Below, piece by piece: positions 1 through 10,356 of a stretch of 64,000 nt of DNA; positions within the stretch are counted from its first letter, which is position 1; every line of letters starts with the position of its first letter. The notes under the pieces were generated by a model. The model made no database searches. It was given only the letters and a program-made list of their open reading frames with translations, and was not told the DNA's origin. The stretch is taken from assembly GCA_965222375.1 (NCBI GenBank), contig CBDCTZ010000012.1, forward strand, positions 64,001 to 128,000. Direction: 5' to 3'. This DNA comes from Polyangiaceae bacterium. GTDB lineage: Bacteria; Myxococcota_A; Polyangia; Polyangiales; Polyangiaceae. The position numbers and the translations under genes were made by a program.

Positions 1-3
1 GAC

Positions 4-1212
4 ATGGAAGCGGCCGTGATGCCCATGCGCCAGCCGGACCCCCTGGCCATCATCGCGGTGACTTTCGTGACCCAAGTGCTGTTCGTGGCAACTTTCTGGA
101 TGGCGCGACAGAGCAGGCGCGCCACTCTCGCGGCTTTCGAGCGCCTCGAGCGGGCTGCGCGTCAGATCCAGAGGCGGGATGCCCTGTTGGACGAAGCCCG
201 GGCGGACCTCGATCGGGAGCGGGCGGCCAAGCTCGGCCGATACACGGATCAGCAAATTGGTCAGTTCAGCATCGGGGAAGTGATTGGGCGGGGTGCCATG
301 GGCGAGGTGTATCGCGGTTTCGATACGGAGCGGGATACGCCGGTCGCGATCAAGTTCTTGAGTCCTGCGCTAGCTGGCGACCCGGCCAGCGTCGAGCGCT
401 TCCTTCGCGAGGCTGACGTAGCGGGGCGATTCAAGTGCCCGCACATCGTCGAGCTGCTCCATCACGGCGTGATGGAGGACGGCTCCCCCTATTTGGTCAT
501 GGAGCTGCTGAGCGGCACCGATCTTAGCGAACAGTTGCGAGACAAGCAGCGGCTGGGAACCAGCGCTGTGCTGGAGCTGGTCCAGGAGGTCGCTCAGGCC
601 CTTTCCGTGGCCGAGGAAGCCGGCATCGTGCATCGAGACCTGAAGCCGCAGAACATCTATCGCGTCGAGAACAGCGGCAAACCGATCTGGAAAGTGCTGG
701 ATTTCGGGGTGTCCAAGATCCTCGATGCAGCGGACAACCTCACGATGGGTGCGGCGGTGGGTACGCCGAGCTACATGTCTCCCGAACAAGCCCGTGGAGA
801 TGACATCGACCACCGCGCTGACGTCTTCGCTCTCAGTGTCGTCGTGTATCGTGCGTTGACGGGTCGCCCGGCGTTCACTGCTTCGGATAGCGTGGGCACG
901 CTGTACAACGTCGTGCACGTGCAGCCGGTGCGCCCCGGGGACCTGATTCGGATTCACGAAGATCTGGAACGCGTACTTGCCCTTGGTTTGGCGAAGGACC
1001 GCGATCGGCGATTGGGGTCTGCGCTGATGCTTTCGACCTCCCTGAGAGAAGCCGCCCGGGGGCGTCTCGACGAACGTCTGCGGCGCGACGCCGACGATCT
1101 GATCGAGGAGCATCCCTGGGGGAGCGATGCGACGGAGCGTAAGCGCCGATCTGCTTGGCCCAAGGCTGGCGGCAGCAAGCGACCGAGCAAGCGGCCGAGC
1201 GACAGCCCCTGA
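4..1212 (+). CDS. Membrane-anchored Hanks-type Ser/Thr protein kinase, probably 5'-truncated by the window edge
   Basis: IGRGAMGEVY, VAIK, HRDLKPQN, DFG and GTPSYMSPEQ motifs; TM helix before the kinase; frame is open at the window start. Confidence 0.92.
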   Translation: MEAAVMPMRQPDPLAIIAVTFVTQVLFVATFWMARQSRRATLAAFERLERAARQIQRRDALLDEARADLDRERAAKLGRYTDQQIGQFSIGEVIGRGAMGEVYRGFDTERDTPVAIKFLSPALAGDPASVERFLREADVAGRFKCPHIVELLHHGVMEDGSPYLVMELLSGTDLSEQLRDKQRLGTSAVLELVQEVAQALSVAEEAGIVHRDLKPQNIYRVENSGKPIWKVLDFGVSKILDAADNLTMGAAVGTPSYMSPEQARGDDIDHRADVFALSVVVYRALTGRPAFTASDSVGTLYNVVHVQPVRPGDLIRIHEDLERVLALGLAKDRDRRLGSALMLSTSLREAARGRLDERLRRDADDLIEEHPWGSDATERKRRSAWPKAGGSKRPSKRPSDSP

Positions 1213-1244
1213 GAGTCCAGCAGCGCACAAAGGCTGCGGGTGCT

Positions 1245-2273
1245 TCAGGGCAGGCGATCCAACAGCGCGAGCAGTCCCCGCCGCGTGACCGAGCGATGAT
1301 GGGATGCGCCTTTGCGCGCCAAGATCTCTTCGCGATGTTCCACATAGTGTTGGTAGCTCTGGAGCATCATCTCGTCGTTGCTGTAGCGCGGCCGCCAGCC
1401 GAGCTCGCGCTCGGCGTCGCTCGTGTCGAAGAATAGCTCGCGGCCGTACATCAGGGCGTGGTAGTCGCCCAGGGGCGTCAGCCCGAGGCGCCCGGTGATT
1501 TTCATGCTGGCCGCCGTGGGCACCATTGGCAAAGAACGGATCGAACTACGCGACCCAACCGCGCGGATCAGATTGGCCAGCAACTCCCGCATGCTGCCAA
1601 AGCGCTCCGCGCCTCCGAGAACGACGGCGGGCCCACGCTGCTCGGCAGCGCGCAGACACAGATCCGCCAGGTCCTCCGAATGCACTAGCTGGAAGCGATT
1701 GTGCCCGCCGCCGAGCACGTACAGGGGGCGGTTCGTTCGCACCCATTCGAAGATGATCTGAAAGATACCCAGGCGCCCGTGCCCGAGAATGGTGCGTGGG
1801 CGTACGATGGAGACGTCGAGCCCCTTGTCCGTGTAGGAGAGCGCGCGAACATCTCCGGCCAGTTTCGCGCGCCCGTAGGCTTCCCGAGGCGCTGGCGGGG
1901 TATTGCGCGAGACCGGATTGCACTCGGGGGCGCCATAGACCGCGCTGGACGAGAGCAAGACGAGCTTCTTGACGCCGGCGGCGAGGGCCTCGGATGCGAT
2001 GATGTCGGCGCCGCCGACGTTGACGGACTCGAACAACTCGCGATCCTTCGCCAGAGGCACCTGGGCCACGGCATGGAATACGACGTCGACGCCATCGAGG
2101 CTGGTGCGCACGGCCGAGCGGTCCCGGATGTCGCCGTGAAGATACTCGGCTTCCGGGGGCAACTCGGCATTCGCCGCGATGTCGAGGACCCGCACCGAAC
2201 TGGCCCGCTCGAGCAGCGTGCGAACCAGAACTTCACCGAAATAGCCAGCGCCGCCGGTGACCAGCGCGTGCAT
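1245..2273 (-). CDS. NAD-dependent epimerase/dehydratase (extended SDR, 3-beta-HSD-like)
   Basis: TGGAGYFG Rossmann motif; YGRAK (YxxxK). Confidence 0.88.
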   Translation of the reverse strand: MHALVTGGAGYFGEVLVRTLLERASSVRVLDIAANAELPPEAEYLHGDIRDRSAVRTSLDGVDVVFHAVAQVPLAKDRELFESVNVGGADIIASEALAAGVKKLVLLSSSAVYGAPECNPVSRNTPPAPREAYGRAKLAGDVRALSYTDKGLDVSIVRPRTILGHGRLGIFQIIFEWVRTNRPLYVLGGGHNRFQLVHSEDLADLCLRAAEQRGPAVVLGGAERFGSMRELLANLIRAVGSRSSIRSLPMVPTAASMKITGRLGLTPLGDYHALMYGRELFFDTSDAERELGWRPRYSNDEMMLQSYQHYVEHREEILARKGASHHRSVTRRGLLALLDRLP

Positions 2274-3283
2274 CAGAAGTCAGCACCCTGGGCGCGGCAC
2301 CAAGCAATGCTGCGCTTCATTCCTTCTTCGAGTTCGATTTCTGGGGCGTAGCCCAATTGGTCGCGGGCTTTGTCGATGCTGACGGCGATGGAGGCGGCGA
2401 GTTCGCCTGCGACGTGCATGTCTTGGGAGTACATCCCCGTCATCTGGATCAACGAATCGCAGAAGCGAGCCACATCACAGCCGAGCTTGGGTAGGTAGCG
2501 CGGATGTATGCGCACATCGAGCAGCTTGCCGACCGTCTCCAAGATCTCGATGAAGGAGTAGGGGCGGCGATCCGTGATCCAGTAGATTTCGCCGGCCGCC
2601 CGTTCGACGCTGCGCGCCAAAAGCAGCCCCTGCACCGTGTTGTCCACGTAGCTCATGCTGCGCAGGTTGTCGCCCTTGCCGAACACGATGGGATGACCGC
2701 CTTTGATCATCTTGAAGAAGCGCGTCTGCCGGTGGGGCTGGTTCGGGCCGTAGAACCAACAAGGACGCAGCACGACCGCCTCGATGCGGCCGGCGCGGTG
2801 GGCGTCGAGGACGAGCCACTCCGCCTGGAGCTTGGATAGGCCGTAGCCGAGATAGGGGCGCGGTGGGTCGTCCTCGGTCATCAGGCGGGCCGCGTCGATG
2901 TTCAATCCCGCTGGCGAGTTGCTGCTGACGAAAATGAAGCGCCGGACCTTGGCGGCAATGGCCGCTTCCAGAAGCTTCCGGGTGCCCTCCACGTTGAGGG
3001 CGTAGAGATCTTCGATGCGGCCCGGGTGAACGACCCCCGCACAATGAAAGACGGTATCGATGCCCTCGCATAGGCCCGCGGGCAGTGGGTGTCGCAGATC
3101 CGCTTCGATGACTTCCGCGCCCTGCTTGCGCAAGTCTTCCGATGGCGAGCCCGGCGCCGCCGCCACGCGGACGGGCTCCGAGCCCTGCTTGACCGGACCC
3201 ATGGAAAAGCCCTGGAGCAAGGCCTCGGTCAGTCGCGTGCCGAGCCAACCCGGCGCGCCAGTGACGAGGGCTTTCGGTTGCAT
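2273..3283 (-). CDS. NAD-dependent epimerase/dehydratase (extended SDR)
   Basis: TGAPGWLG and YGLSK motifs; stop overlaps the start of the next gene. Confidence 0.88.
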   Translation of the reverse strand: MQPKALVTGAPGWLGTRLTEALLQGFSMGPVKQGSEPVRVAAAPGSPSEDLRKQGAEVIEADLRHPLPAGLCEGIDTVFHCAGVVHPGRIEDLYALNVEGTRKLLEAAIAAKVRRFIFVSSNSPAGLNIDAARLMTEDDPPRPYLGYGLSKLQAEWLVLDAHRAGRIEAVVLRPCWFYGPNQPHRQTRFFKMIKGGHPIVFGKGDNLRSMSYVDNTVQGLLLARSVERAAGEIYWITDRRPYSFIEILETVGKLLDVRIHPRYLPKLGCDVARFCDSLIQMTGMYSQDMHVAGELAASIAVSIDKARDQLGYAPEIELEEGMKRSIAWCRAQGADF

Positions 3284-3347
3284 GAATCTTCCTCGACGTA
3301 CTCGGAAACCCTAGGAGATAAAAGCGATTTTCGTCATAGCCAGCTAG

Positions 3348-5273
3348 CTACCGGCGGCCGGCGCCCCGGGTGCGCAGATCGCCTGCGCGCCGCGTGCTGC
3401 CCTCGCGATCGAGCTGCTCCAAAAGGGGAATGGCCTGTTTGCGGGACACCTGAGCTAGTTCTTTGAACGCTGGGACGCTCATCTCGGCGTGGCTGTCGAA
3501 ATGTGCGCCGACCTTGGCGCGCAAGTCGTCGATGGCGGATTCGGCGAACCAGAGTGTGCTCAGGCGCCGCGCTCGCTCCTCTCGGGAAAGGGCAGACAGG
3601 GCGATCTTCGTCGTCTCGATGTCCTGGCCGAGGCGTTTGCTCAACTCGTTTTCGGTGATGCCTTCCAAGCCCAAGCCTGCCAAGGCGTCGAGAACCTTGT
3701 TTTCCAGCTCACGCGCGGCGGGGCCGGATGTCTTGGCAAACTCCGGGGTGCACACCACGCCCTGGTCGACGACGATCTTCTTGCGGGAACTCGCGCGCTC
3801 GATCACGGCTTCGACGAGCGCGCGGCCCGCCGAGCGAGACAGATGGGAGCGCGCAGTTTCGAGCGAGAGCCCGGGCTCGTGGGGCGCCTCGCGGTGGTGC
3901 GCGTCCACGCGGGCCAACAAGCGCTTGCCCACGGCGTCCATGTTCTCTTGAGTCGTGACGTGCTTGCCATCCGGAAGCACGAAGAGTCCGCCCTTCTTGC
4001 GCTTGCTCTCGACGAGCTTCGTCAGCTCTCCAGGTGGGCGCCCCAGTCGCGGCTCTAGCGCCTCGATCGCGACGGCGCGAGGCGCGGCGCCAGCAACGAT
4101 GCCGACCAACGCGTCCCCCATGCGTCCGGCGCCCAGCGCTTCCAAGGTAGCGATGCGGTTTTGCCATCGCGCGGCGTCGCGTCGGCGGCGAGGTAGAGTG
4201 GGCGGTGCCGCGTCAACGATGCGCCCACCACCGAGTACAGCGCCACGCTCACGGTCGTCGGAAAAACCCCGCAGGATGAAGCCCACTCCGCCCAAGGCCG
4301 GTAGCGGCGCGTCTAGCGCAATGTGGGCGCCGCCCTCTCCCAAGCGCGTGACGCGGCCGGTGCGACGGGTCGTCCCGACGTAGACCTGCGCCGACGCGCC
4401 ATCCTCGAACTCGTCCTCGGCGCCGGGGGCGATCTGTAGCTCCACTTCCAGTCGTCGCGTGACAGGTAGGGCAGGCTCGGTGCTGACCACGCTGCCGCGC
4501 TTCACGCTCGCCAGTTCCAGCTTGGCGAGGTTGATGGCGACTCGAGAGGGCGCGGAAACCGATTCGACAGATTCGCCGTGTACTTCGATGGAGCGGCAGC
4601 TGCTCTCCAAGACGCCGGTCTCGGTACCGACGTAGACTGGCGCGCCAACCCTCAAGCTGCCCCGAGTGAGGGTGCCCGTGATGACGGTGCCGGCCCCGCG
4701 TACGGTGAACACGCGATCGACCGGCAGCCACGCCCGGGCGTCTTGGGCGGGTGCTGGCGAGGTTTCCGCGAGGGAGAGCAGCGCGCCCTTGAGCTCCGCG
4801 ACGCCTTGTCCGGTCGGTGCGGAGGTAGCGATGACCGCGTGGGGCTTGATGCCCATGCTGTCCAAGGTGGATTCCAAATCCGCCTGAGCCAGCTCCAGAA
4901 TCTCCGCATCGATCAAGTCCGCCTTGCTCAATGCCACGACCACGCGATCGATTCCGAGCAACTTGCACACGTGCAGGTGTTCCCGAGTCTGCGGCATCAC
5001 GGCGTCGTCCGCCGCAACGACCAGCAGCACACCATCCACGCCGCCGACGCCGGCGATCATCGCGTGCACCAGCTTTTTGTGCCCCGGCACGTCGATGAAG
5101 GAAAGCGGTGCATCTTTGAGCGTGGCGAAGCCGAGTTCGATGCTGATCCCGCGGCGCTTTTCGTCCGGCAGACGGTCCGTATCCGTTCCCGTCAGCGCTT
5201 GCACCAGCGTGGTCTTGCCGTGATCGACATGACCTGCAGTAGCGAGAACGACGCGGCGGTGTGGCTTGGACAC
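3348..5273 (-). CDS. selB: Selenocysteine-specific translation elongation factor
   Basis: TAGHVDHGKT, EKRRGISIELGF, DVPGH, MPQTREHL; C-terminal winged helix SRKQAIPLLEQLD; 641 aa. Confidence 0.95.
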   Translation of the reverse strand: MSKPHRRVVLATAGHVDHGKTTLVQALTGTDTDRLPDEKRRGISIELGFATLKDAPLSFIDVPGHKKLVHAMIAGVGGVDGVLLVVAADDAVMPQTREHLHVCKLLGIDRVVVALSKADLIDAEILELAQADLESTLDSMGIKPHAVIATSAPTGQGVAELKGALLSLAETSPAPAQDARAWLPVDRVFTVRGAGTVITGTLTRGSLRVGAPVYVGTETGVLESSCRSIEVHGESVESVSAPSRVAINLAKLELASVKRGSVVSTEPALPVTRRLEVELQIAPGAEDEFEDGASAQVYVGTTRRTGRVTRLGEGGAHIALDAPLPALGGVGFILRGFSDDRERGAVLGGGRIVDAAPPTLPRRRRDAARWQNRIATLEALGAGRMGDALVGIVAGAAPRAVAIEALEPRLGRPPGELTKLVESKRKKGGLFVLPDGKHVTTQENMDAVGKRLLARVDAHHREAPHEPGLSLETARSHLSRSAGRALVEAVIERASSRKKIVVDQGVVCTPEFAKTSGPAARELENKVLDALAGLGLEGITENELSKRLGQDIETTKIALSALSREERARRLSTLWFAESAIDDLRAKVGAHFDSHAEMSVPAFKELAQVSRKQAIPLLEQLDREGSTRRAGDLRTRGAGRR

Positions 5274-5408
5274 GAGGTGTCTAACCTAGCGCCAGCCAGC
5301 GCAGCTTTTCAGCAAAACCCGCGCAGCGCCGTGGAGCCCCGACAATTGCGGCTCCGATGTCGCCCGGGTTCTTGCTGGCGCGAGCCGGCGCCCGCTAGAC
5401 TCGCCCGC

Positions 5409-6317
5409 ATGGGGCGCCGGGCAGTCCACTTCGGGAAGCTCTTGGAGCTCGCCCCCTCTGGCCGCTGGGCACTGAGCCTTGGCGCGCTCGTTGGAGCCGC
5501 GGCGCTCGGTGGCTGCGCGACCAACAGCCCCAAACAAGCGTCGGCGGCCGGTGCTGGCGGCGGAACCGGCGGAGGGGCCACGACCGGTGGCGCCGGAGGC
5601 AGCGCGGGCAGCGCCGGCAAAGCCGCCGATTCTGGGAGCAGCGCGTGGCCCGTGAACCCGCCGCCCACCCAAATGCTGACGGTGATCACCGAAAGCTGGA
5701 CCGGTGTGCCGGCGACGCTTCAACGCTACGAAACCTCCGGAGGCGACTGGGCGCCCATTGGCGATCCCGTTCCCGTGGTCGTGGGCAAGAGCGGCCTGGG
5801 TTGGGGCAAAGGCTTGGTCGCTGCTCCCAGTGATGGTGGGCCACAGAAGCAAGAAGGTGACGGTCGGGCGCCGGCCGGGATCTTCTCCTTGGCGTCGGTC
5901 TTCGGCTACGCGCCGCCGGACCAAGCCAGCTGGGTATCGATGCCTTATGTGCATGCCACGGCGGATCTCGAATGCGTCGATGATCCAGCGTCTAGTCATT
6001 ACAACACTCTCGTGACCAAGAGCGGCGTCACGAGTGTGGACTGGAATAGCTCAGAGACGATGAAGCGCAGCGACGCGCTCTATCGTTGGGGCGTGTTCGT
6101 CAACCACAACACCGCTCCGACCGAGGCTGGGGCGGGTTCTTGCATCTTTTTGCATCTGTGGAGCGGTCCGAAGAGCTCGACAGTCGGTTGCACCGCTGGT
6201 GAAGAGCCAAAGATGAAAGAAGTCTTCGGCTGGCTCGATCCCAAAAAGCAGCCCGTTCTCGTACAGCTACCGAAAGCCGTCTACGACGCACAGCGCAGCG
6301 CATGGTCGCTGCCTTGA
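5409..6317 (+). CDS. L,D-transpeptidase-like (YkuD family) lipoprotein
   Basis: Lipobox LGGC, Gly linker, KQEGDGRAPAG, IFLH...TVGC catalytic motif; start placed at ATG 5409. Confidence 0.8.
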   Translation: MGRRAVHFGKLLELAPSGRWALSLGALVGAAALGGCATNSPKQASAAGAGGGTGGGATTGGAGGSAGSAGKAADSGSSAWPVNPPPTQMLTVITESWTGVPATLQRYETSGGDWAPIGDPVPVVVGKSGLGWGKGLVAAPSDGGPQKQEGDGRAPAGIFSLASVFGYAPPDQASWVSMPYVHATADLECVDDPASSHYNTLVTKSGVTSVDWNSSETMKRSDALYRWGVFVNHNTAPTEAGAGSCIFLHLWSGPKSSTVGCTAGEEPKMKEVFGWLDPKKQPVLVQLPKAVYDAQRSAWSLP

Positions 6318-6395
6318 GCGAAGGTGTTGCCAAAAGCGGCGGGCGTAGTCGCCGCACGCTGTCGCTGGATGGATCGACGCCCGTCAATCATGGCT

Positions 6396-6465
6396 GAATT
6401 GGGTTTGGGGTCGAGCGCAGCACGGCGCTAGGCCACTACTCCCGAGCCAGGCCCAGGGGTGGCGC
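6396..6465. repeat. Dispersed ~65-bp intergenic repeat, copy A (copy B at 36214-36285)
   Basis: TTTGGGGTCGAGCGC identical in both copies; 33 of a following 43-nt block match by manual alignment. Confidence 0.6.
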
Positions 6466-6621
6466 CGGGCCTTTTGGGCGCGTGATTGCCTCGCGCCGAA
6501 CCCTGCATTAGGTCTGCCCGTGGAAGCGCTTGGTACGCTGGTGCGGCCCTCGGTCTTCAAAACCGATGGGGGTTTGGTGAACGCCAGGCTCCGGGGAGTT
6601 CGATTCTCCTGCGCTTCCGCC

Positions 6622-7110
6622 ATGAGCAAGCAAGCCGCAAACAACAACAACTCCGCCGGCCCCATTCTGGTTCCGGTGGATTTCTCCAAGCATTCACAGG
6701 CTGCACTCCAGTGGGCGTGCGACCAAGCCAAGCCCATTGGTGCGCGGGTGATCGTGCTGCACGTCGTGCACGACCTGGCAAATGCTCCCGGCTACTACAA
6801 TCAGGACAATTCGGACCTGATGAAGCCGATGGAGGACGTCGCCGAGAAGATGATGAAGCGGTTTCTCAAGGACTGCGGCAAAGAGGTTGGGGACAAGAAG
6901 TACTATAAGCAGCTCGAATCGCAGCTCGTGGTTGGGCTTCCGGTCACCCGCATCTTGGAGGTTGCCAAGAAGTCTCGGGCGTCGCAAATCATCATGGGCA
7001 GTCAGGGGCGCACGGGTCTCAAGCGTCTGTTGATCGGTTCCAAAGCGGAGCAGGTTCTTCGCATGTCCAAGCTTCCAGTCACGATCGTGAAGGTTCCCGA
7101 GGAAGACTGA
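6622..7110 (+). CDS. Universal stress protein (UspA family)
   Basis: ILVPVDFS start and IIMGSQGRTGLKRLLIGSKAEQV motif. Confidence 0.93.
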   Translation: MSKQAANNNNSAGPILVPVDFSKHSQAALQWACDQAKPIGARVIVLHVVHDLANAPGYYNQDNSDLMKPMEDVAEKMMKRFLKDCGKEVGDKKYYKQLESQLVVGLPVTRILEVAKKSRASQIIMGSQGRTGLKRLLIGSKAEQVLRMSKLPVTIVKVPEED

Positions 7111-7115
7111 CGTCG

Positions 7116-8846
7116 GTGCTCAACCACTACGACCTGTGGACTGGGCTCTTCGGGGGGCTCGCGCTGTTCTTGTTCGGCATGGACAGGCTCACCCGCGCGC
7201 TCAAGGTCGTGGCGGGCGACCGCATGAAGAGCATCCTGGGCAAGCTGACGGCAAACCGTTTCGCCGGCGCTGCCACCGGCGCCGTGGTGACCGCAATCGT
7301 CAACTCTTCATCGGTCACGACCGTGATCATGGTCGGCTTCGTCTCGGCGGGACTCATGTCGATGGCGCAATGCGTGGGCGTGATCATGGGCGCGAACATC
7401 GGCAGCACGATGACTGCGCAAATCCTGGCCTTCAAGGTGGGCAAGATCGCGCTGCCCATGGTGACGGTCGGGTTCCTGGTGTGGTTCCTGGCGAAAGGCG
7501 ACAAGACCAAGCAATACGGCGCGTCCGTGCTCGGTCTCGGCCTCGTTTTCTACGGCATGAGCGTGATGAGCGACGCCATGCGTCCACTGCGCAGCTATCA
7601 GCCCTTCCTGGATCTGATGGTTGCCATGGACACGCACGCGCTCGCGATCGTCGTCGGTGCGGCGTTTACCGCGATCATCCAGTCCTCGGCGGCTACAACT
7701 GGCATCGTCATCGTGATGGCCGGGCAGGGCCTGATCTCTCTCGAGGCTGCCATCTCCATTGCCTTCGGCGCCAACATTGGCACTTGCGCAACAGCCGGGC
7801 TGGCGGTGATCGGCAAACCCCGGGAAGCCGTTCGCGCCGCGGTGGTCCATGTGCTGTTCAACGTGGTGGGCGTGCTGATTTGGTACTTCTTCATTGCTGA
7901 TCTTGCCCAGCTCGTCAGGTGGCTCTCGCCGGTGGGCGCGGGCGCCACCGCCGCCGAACAGGCTGCAGCAGCCGCGCCTCGTCAGATCGCCAATGCCCAC
8001 ACCATTTTCAACGTAGTCAACACAGTGCTGTTCATAAGCTTCACCGGTCAAATTGCCCGGCTGGCTGAACGCCTGGTTGCCGATCGCCCCCTGGAGGAGG
8101 CTGAGCCGCTGCGGCCCAAGTATCTTGACGACTCCCTACTCACGACGCCCTCCCTTGCCCTGACTCGCGCGCGAATGGAAATCGGACGACTCGGGAGGCG
8201 CGCGCATGGCATCGTCAGCGCGATCATGCCCGTGGCGCTGACGGGTTCGTCGGAAGAAGTACGCGCCGTGGCGTCTCTAGACAGCGAATTGGACGACCTG
8301 CACGCTGCGATCATCGAGTACCTGCGACGCGTCGGCGTCGACAACTTGACCCGGTCACAAGCCGCCGAGTTCGTGGAGCTGATGAAGATAGCCAACTCCT
8401 TCGAGGCCATCGGCGACGTCGTGGAAACAGACCTGGTGAATCTCGCCCTAGACCGGGTGGAAGAAGCTGTCCCAGTGTCGCCAACGACGGAGAAAGTCAT
8501 CACGACGTTCCACAGCTACGTTCAGCGGGCCGTCGAAGCGGCCGTGGAGGCTGCGGCTTCCGAGGACCAGAGCGCCGCGTTCGCTGTCATCGACATGCAC
8601 ACCGAGGTCAATCGGCTGGCGGACGAGGCCGCGATCCACGGCGCGCAGAGGCTTGTGGCGGATGAGCCGAACCGGCTTGCAGCCTATACGAGGGAAATGG
8701 AGATGGTGGAGCGAATCAAGCGCATCTACTATTTTGCCAAACGCGTGGCAGAGACTGTCCAGGTTGGCCATGGAGGAAGGCCGAGCATGATCCTCGGACT
8801 GCGCCCGCCAAAGAGTCGCCGGGGCTCGGACGTGGTGGCGGGTTGA
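7116..8846 (+). CDS. Na+/phosphate cotransporter family protein with C-terminal PhoU-like domains
   Basis: Duplicated (N/Q)SSxxTT and GANIG(S/T) motifs; soluble helical C-terminus. Confidence 0.9.
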   Translation: MLNHYDLWTGLFGGLALFLFGMDRLTRALKVVAGDRMKSILGKLTANRFAGAATGAVVTAIVNSSSVTTVIMVGFVSAGLMSMAQCVGVIMGANIGSTMTAQILAFKVGKIALPMVTVGFLVWFLAKGDKTKQYGASVLGLGLVFYGMSVMSDAMRPLRSYQPFLDLMVAMDTHALAIVVGAAFTAIIQSSAATTGIVIVMAGQGLISLEAAISIAFGANIGTCATAGLAVIGKPREAVRAAVVHVLFNVVGVLIWYFFIADLAQLVRWLSPVGAGATAAEQAAAAAPRQIANAHTIFNVVNTVLFISFTGQIARLAERLVADRPLEEAEPLRPKYLDDSLLTTPSLALTRARMEIGRLGRRAHGIVSAIMPVALTGSSEEVRAVASLDSELDDLHAAIIEYLRRVGVDNLTRSQAAEFVELMKIANSFEAIGDVVETDLVNLALDRVEEAVPVSPTTEKVITTFHSYVQRAVEAAVEAAASEDQSAAFAVIDMHTEVNRLADEAAIHGAQRLVADEPNRLAAYTREMEMVERIKRIYYFAKRVAETVQVGHGGRPSMILGLRPPKSRRGSDVVAG

Positions 8847-8883
8847 GAGCCCAGTGCCCGTAGTCGAGGCGCGACGAGGCCCC

Positions 8884-10356
8884 TCAGGGAAGTGGGCTGC
8901 AGCTCGGGCATGGATCTGGCACGAGCTTTGGCCCGGTGTAGTCATTTAGCTTGGACACGCGGTCGAAGCTGATCGCCTTGCCGTTGTCCAGATAGTGCTT
9001 GTTGTGACCGAGCTGGCCGATGGAGCAGTTGCGGGGGCCACCGAAGTTGTTGACGCCTTGGTTAGTGAACAGTCCGCCCGCTGGGTTCGTGTCGGGGTCG
9101 AAGCAGCCGTCGATCCAGGTTTGAATCGCGAATTCGTTCCATCCGCCCAGCCAATCCCCGTGGAGGCAGCCGCCTGGGGTCGGGGGCGACGCGCTCTCGA
9201 AGCCGTCGTCGCAGGATAGGCGCCAGGTAGAGACGCTCGCGCCTGGGTTCTTCCAACGAATCAAGTAGGAGATCTGCGGCACCCGGTACGGGTGCGATGC
9301 GGGGCAGGGATCGTTGTTGTTCACCCGCTTGGTGTGACTGAGAAAGTCTTGATGAGTCAGCACAGGGTTGCCCGTCGCCTTGCCATCATCCGTCGCTAGG
9401 CATTGGGGAAACTGGATGGTGGCTTGGATGTCCTGTCCCGATGGGCAAGCTGGCGTTCCCCCGGTGCCCGGAATGGTCGGCGACTTGGTCACGGTCTGAC
9501 CAGCGCTGGGTTCGTAACAACCCCAATGCAGACTATCCGAGGGCGTGAAGGATTTATTCACGGTGCCGCCGGCGTTGACGTTTCCGAGCAGCAGCTGGAT
9601 GCCCGCGGGCAGGGGCTGTACTTCCCAGGGTCGGTGTGACTTGTAGTAGAGCGTGATGGTGTGGGGAATGGCGAGGTTGCGGTTCCCCAAAGGCCCGTCA
9701 TACATCGCCGGCATCCAATACAGTGAGCGGTTGAGCGCGCCGCCCTGACAGCTGCCACCGCCGCTTTCCATGATGTCGTTGGGATCCGTGGGCCGCGACG
9801 GATTGTTGAACACCGAATGGGCACTGGCCTTGGTGTTCCCCCAGAACATGTGCAAGTGGGACTTGCACGGTGCATTGGGCTTGATGATCGGATCTTCGTA
9901 GCCGAAGTGCGAGTAGACGCAGCCAATTCGAAACTGGCCCTGGCCACCGGGACCCGCGCCGTTGTCGGGTTGAGAAACGACGTCGGTGAAGTCGGGGTTG
10001 TGAACGCCCTTGTAGGGGCCTGTAGCCGAAGCGTTGATCTCTGCCTGGGTCTTGTTGAGATAGGCGTTGTAGTTGGCGAAGTTGTCGACGGCGCTGAAAT
10101 CGTTGAAGGTACACTGGCCGCCTCCGGCGCCCGCCGAGCCACCGGAGCCGCCGCTTCCACTCGTCGCTCCGGAGTTGCCAGAACCGCCTGCGCCACCGCT
10201 CGCCGCACTTCCTCCACCGCCGGCCGTACCACCGGATGACGCGTTGCCCGAACCGGCCGCGCCACCGCTCGCCGCGTCGTTCGAATCAGAACCCGAACAG
10301 GCGCAAGCTAGCGGGACGACAGCGAGCAACCAGCCCAACCTCATCCTCGGGCCCAT
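8884..10356 (-). CDS. DUF1996-domain secreted lipoprotein
   Basis: Lipobox, Gly/Ser linker, DPII..SHLHMFWGN, NRSLYWMPA, CPASHPYRVPQI, LHGDW motifs; start uncertain (10344-10365). Confidence 0.8.
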   Translation of the reverse strand: MGPRMRLGWLLAVVPLACACSGSDSNDAASGGAAGSGNASSGGTAGGGGSAASGGAGGSGNSGATSGSGGSGGSAGAGGGQCTFNDFSAVDNFANYNAYLNKTQAEINASATGPYKGVHNPDFTDVVSQPDNGAGPGGQGQFRIGCVYSHFGYEDPIIKPNAPCKSHLHMFWGNTKASAHSVFNNPSRPTDPNDIMESGGGSCQGGALNRSLYWMPAMYDGPLGNRNLAIPHTITLYYKSHRPWEVQPLPAGIQLLLGNVNAGGTVNKSFTPSDSLHWGCYEPSAGQTVTKSPTIPGTGGTPACPSGQDIQATIQFPQCLATDDGKATGNPVLTHQDFLSHTKRVNNNDPCPASHPYRVPQISYLIRWKNPGASVSTWRLSCDDGFESASPPTPGGCLHGDWLGGWNEFAIQTWIDGCFDPDTNPAGGLFTNQGVNNFGGPRNCSIGQLGHNKHYLDNGKAISFDRVSKLNDYTGPKLVPDPCPSCSPLP

